A DNA stretch of 64,000 nucleotides from Callorhinchus milii (lineage: Eukaryota), in assembly GCF_018977255.1 (NCBI RefSeq), contig NW_024704743.1, forward strand, positions 9,984,001-10,048,000, given 5' to 3'. Each line of letters begins with the position of its first letter. Position 1 is the first letter of the stretch. Of this stretch, positions 60,641-64,000 are shown piece by piece. Under the pieces are notes generated by a model. That model did no database searches and had not been told where the DNA came from. It was given only the letters and a program-made list of their open reading frames with translations. The position numbers and the translations under genes are program-made.

Positions 60641-61016
60641 GGAGTCCTGTAGCTCAGTGGTTAGAGCACTCACCTTGCAAGCGAGAGACCTGGGTTCGAT
60701 TCATGGCAGGGCAAAACGTTGGGCAAGTTTCCTTATTCCACACTCCTCTGTTTACCTAGCAGTAAATAGGAACCAGGTTGTTAGTCGATTAGCAGATCGC
60801 TTTTCCGGGAGTAATGATTCCTTCAAAAAAAAAAAAAATTTGGTCACTCATTCCACGACTATTTGTGGGACACTGCTGTGTGCAATTGGCTGCTGCGTTT
60901 CGCCCACAAAATATACAGTCAATTCACTTTACAGTATATTTTGTGAAGCATTTTGAGACATCTCAAAGGTGTGATAAGGCACTATATCAAATGCAAGGAT
61001 TATTATTGTATTATTT
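60641..61016 (+). mobile_element. Full-length young SINE, long form
   Basis: tRNA(Ala-TGC)-like head with A and B boxes, CORE-like segment, Deu block, L2 tail. Confidence 0.95.
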
Positions 61017-61304
61017 TAGTATAGGTCAGCTATTCACAGAATAATCTCACTGAGCCATCTGATGATTGTGCTAGCTATTTTTTAAAAACTATATGCAATA
61101 ATCCTACCCCAGCCAGCAGTGTCACGTGCTTTGAGATGTGGAGCATTAAACATCCTCTCAATGTGAAACATGCTCTATAAATGTAAACTGTATTGTATTT
61201 TGCATACAGTGGCCGGTTTAATGTCAAATTTAAATTGTCAGTTCATTTGTTTGTTATATGGAGAATATTAGGTCAAATGTTAATAAATCAGAATGATTCA
61301 ATAT

Positions 61305-61860
61305 TGATAATCCTTGCATTTGATATAGCATCTTTCATGTTGGAGGATGTCTTAAAGCTATTTGCAAGATTTACAGTAAAGTGGAGATGAATGTAGTAGC
61401 CAATTTGTGCGTAGCAATATCACACAAACAGCTAATTGACTAAATAATGACTGGCAGTTAATCACTGACTTTGGCAGCTGGTATCGAAGCAATGATAATA
61501 ATATAATAATTGCATTTGATATAGTGCCTTTCATATCAGGAGGATGCCTCAAAGCACTTCACGGGACGTGTGGTAAAGTGTAGCTATTGTATTCTGTAAG
61601 CGGATGTTGCACAGCATTGTCTCACAAACAGCCATGAAGTGAATCACCAAATGTTTCCAGGTCCAATTTTGGTTGTACAAATACAGTCACTATACATTAC
61701 AATATAACCTGTGAAACAGTTTGAGCTATCCTCCAGCATGAATGGTACCATGCCAAATATTTATTATTTATTACAAACAGCCATGAAACGAATGATTACT
61801 TTTATACGACAGATTGTTGGCCAGAACACCGGGAGAATCTCCCTTCCCTAAATTAATCTG
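61305..61860. mobile_element. Jumble of Deu-SINE 3' fragments, mostly minus strand
   Basis: Repeated ttgcatttgatatag and acaaacagccatgaa motifs. Confidence 0.65.
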
Positions 61861-62139
61861 AGGATATTGTGGTGTTGCTGGCAGGTATTATATAACATTG
61901 CACATTACTGTCTGAAAGGTTTTATCAATGATAGAGAATATATCCTGGTATATATTATGCCATTCTATCTGAGTTTTCATAGTTGACATTTGCATGCAAC
62001 TTTGGATATATCATTATCTGTACACGAGACACCATAAACATGTCATTCCCTTGACAAACTCCACTGTTTGTACATGCTACTTACATACTTTGCTGTTATC
62101 AACGGACAGTACTTTTGCAGGAGGATGCCTCAAAGCACT

Positions 62140-62390
62140 TAAGAACATAAGAACATAAGAAATGCTAGACAAAGAAAGACCAAGGTCCACTTAGTTCGCC
62201 TTCCTCCTTCCTGGGGTTTACATGCACATATGTCCTGATCTATTTATGCACTATATCCCATGATGTTAGTTCCTAAAAAANCACTATTGAATCTGAGTTT
62301 GTTCCATCTGAAACCTGTTCCACAGGTTTACTATTCACTTACCGAAATAGTGTTTCTGTAGATTCGTTCTGAATTTATCCCCCTTCAATC
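62140..62390 (-). mobile_element. CR1 3' end
   Basis: taagaacataagaacataagaaatgctagac..gaccaaggtcca; same subfamily as 15520-15740 and 50915. Confidence 0.75.
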
Positions 62391-62584
62391 ACAGAATTCA
62401 TTGTAAAGTGTAGCGATTGTATTCTTTAGATGAATGAGGCAACCCATTTACTGATCAAATATCCTTCTTAGATAGATGCATTCCTTTAAACTGACAGGAA
62501 AACAAAGAAGCAGGCAGGACGAATTAGACAGCATGTGATGTAATTATTTTTGTGATAAGCTGACAGCTGGTATTTTAAATAATA

Positions 62585-62975
62585 ATAAAATAATAATAAT
62601 CCTTGCATTTGATATGCTGTTTTTCTTACTGAGAGGATGTCTCAAAGTGCCTCAAAGGATTTGCTGTAAAGTGTAGGTATAGATGTAGGTGTATATGGAC
62701 ACACCAGCCAATTTGCCAACAGCAATGCCCCACAAACAGCCATGAAGTGAATGATCAATATTTTTGGAGGAGTGTTGGCCAGGATACCAGGAGAATCTTC
62801 TCTTGAACACCTGAAGGAGACAGGTTCTTGGTTTAACATCTCATCCAACACCTCTGTGGCAATACAACGCTCCCCCACCCCTTCCCAACATTGTATTGGA
62901 GTGTCAACCTAGATAATGAGTTCAGAATCTTCTGAATCAGAGATGAGAGTGCTAATGGCTGAGCCAGGCTGCTGA
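62585..62975 (-). mobile_element. Deu-domain SINE, near full length
   Basis: (AAT)n ccttgcatttgatat tail; ccccacaaacagcc; ggagtgtcaacctaga; tctgaatcagagatgagagtgcta head. Confidence 0.8.
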
Positions 62976-63004
62976 CATCTAATGAGAGAGTAAATGATTA
63001 ACTT

Positions 63005-63380
63005 AATAATAATAAGAATCCTTGGATTTGATATAGTGTCTTATCATGTATTCAATACGTCTCAAAGTGCTTCACAGAATATACTGTAAAGTGAATTGAC
63101 TGTATATTTTTGTGAGCATAACACAGCAGCCTATTGCGCACAGCAGTGTCCCACAAACAGTCAATGGATTGAAGTGACCAATTTATTATTTTTCTAAGGA
63201 ATTATTACTGCTGGAAAAGCGATCCGCCAATTGACTAACAACTGGGTTCCTACTTATTGCTAGGTAAATAGAGGCTTGTGGAGTAAGGAAACTTGCCCAA
63301 CGTTTTGCCCTGCCGGGAATCAAACCCAGGTCTCTCGCTTGCAAGGCGAGTGCTCTAACCACTGAGCTACAGAACTCCAC
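63005..63380 (-). mobile_element. Full-length young SINE, long form
   Basis: Reverse complement gtggagttctgtagctcagtggttagagcactcgccttgcaagcgag...; (ATT)n tail. Confidence 0.95.
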
Positions 63381-63559
63381 TAATGAGTGAAAACCACAGA
63401 AAATACATCTGTACCACAGATGTATGCTACAACACTGCACTGCGCTCTGCAACAGACCATCCACAGTGCAAAATTGCTCTTTCCCGATCTTTAAAGTACT
63501 GCCAATGAGCAATTCTACCTTAAAAGTACAGTGAGAATGGGGATAATAATATAGGCATA

Positions 63560-63760
63560 GAAGTTTCCAGATGATACAAAATTGTGTAGGGTGACAACTG
63601 TGTTGCCGAGGCAATTATGTTAAGAAGGATCAACTGAGTGTACTAAATGCAAATGAACTCTAATATAGATAAATGTCAGCGGCTGGAGATGTCATTTCCT
63701 ACATATACATTGAGGAAAAACCACTATAAAAGGTGGAATCTAAATAGGACTGGGAGGAGG
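63560..63760 (+). mobile_element. Very decayed CR1 RT fragment
   Basis: aagtttccagatgatacaaaattg (KF.DDTKL), aaatgcaaatgaactctaatatagataaatgt. Confidence 0.55.
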
Positions 63761-64000
63761 TGATGGAAAACACTCATTGACAATGTCTGACAGTGTGATT
63801 CAGTGATCTGTGGTACTCAGAAAATGTTATAGTTAAACTACTGAGTGGAGACTGGATGACAGCGTTATTCCTGATAATGAATTGTTGAGTTGTCACCCAG
63901 TACAGTAAATATGGGGGTGAAGCGGGAGTGCTCTAGAATCATTCCCACTCCCACTGATTTCTGTTCAATTCCCCACAGGCCATATTTGAAGTGATCGCCT

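Noticed and set aside
60644..60713. tRNA-Ala(TGC) gene (also 63307-63375, ~7948, ~20532, ~44398)
   Set aside because: Cloverleaf-like, but the acceptor stem is imperfect and each copy continues into an identical SINE body and tail; these are SINE heads
1..64000. CRISPR array, operon or host protein-coding gene
   Set aside because: No regularly spaced repeats with unique spacers; the remaining short ORFs lack recognisable domains and mostly overlap repeats. Small exons of a large gene cannot be excluded by eye

Overview
Eukaryotic, repeat-dense, apparently non-coding window (large intron or intergenic DNA) from a vertebrate. The repeat repertoire points to a cartilaginous fish, most likely a holocephalan such as Callorhinchus; this is inferred from recalled SINE sequences and has not been verified by search. 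I found no convincing host protein-coding exon, rRNA, true tRNA gene, CRISPR array or prokaryotic system. The recognisable protein-like ORFs are decayed pieces of CR1- and L2-clade LINE ORF2 (APE endonuclease plus reverse transcriptase). The window is a layered fossil record: a young tRNA(Ala)-headed SINE sharing its 3' tail with L2, an older Deu-domain (SacSINE1/AmnSINE1-like) SINE, AmnSINE2-like and LF-SINE-like relics, and many nested insertions. The most noteworthy items are an unclassified, hairpin-rich, A-tailed ~600-bp element (here 'element X', 7 copies), apparent L2 insertion hot spots, a MITE-like element with a perfect 22-bp inverted repeat, and a few local hairpins. Boundaries are by eye (about +/-10-30 bp), and family names come from memory of consensus sequences.
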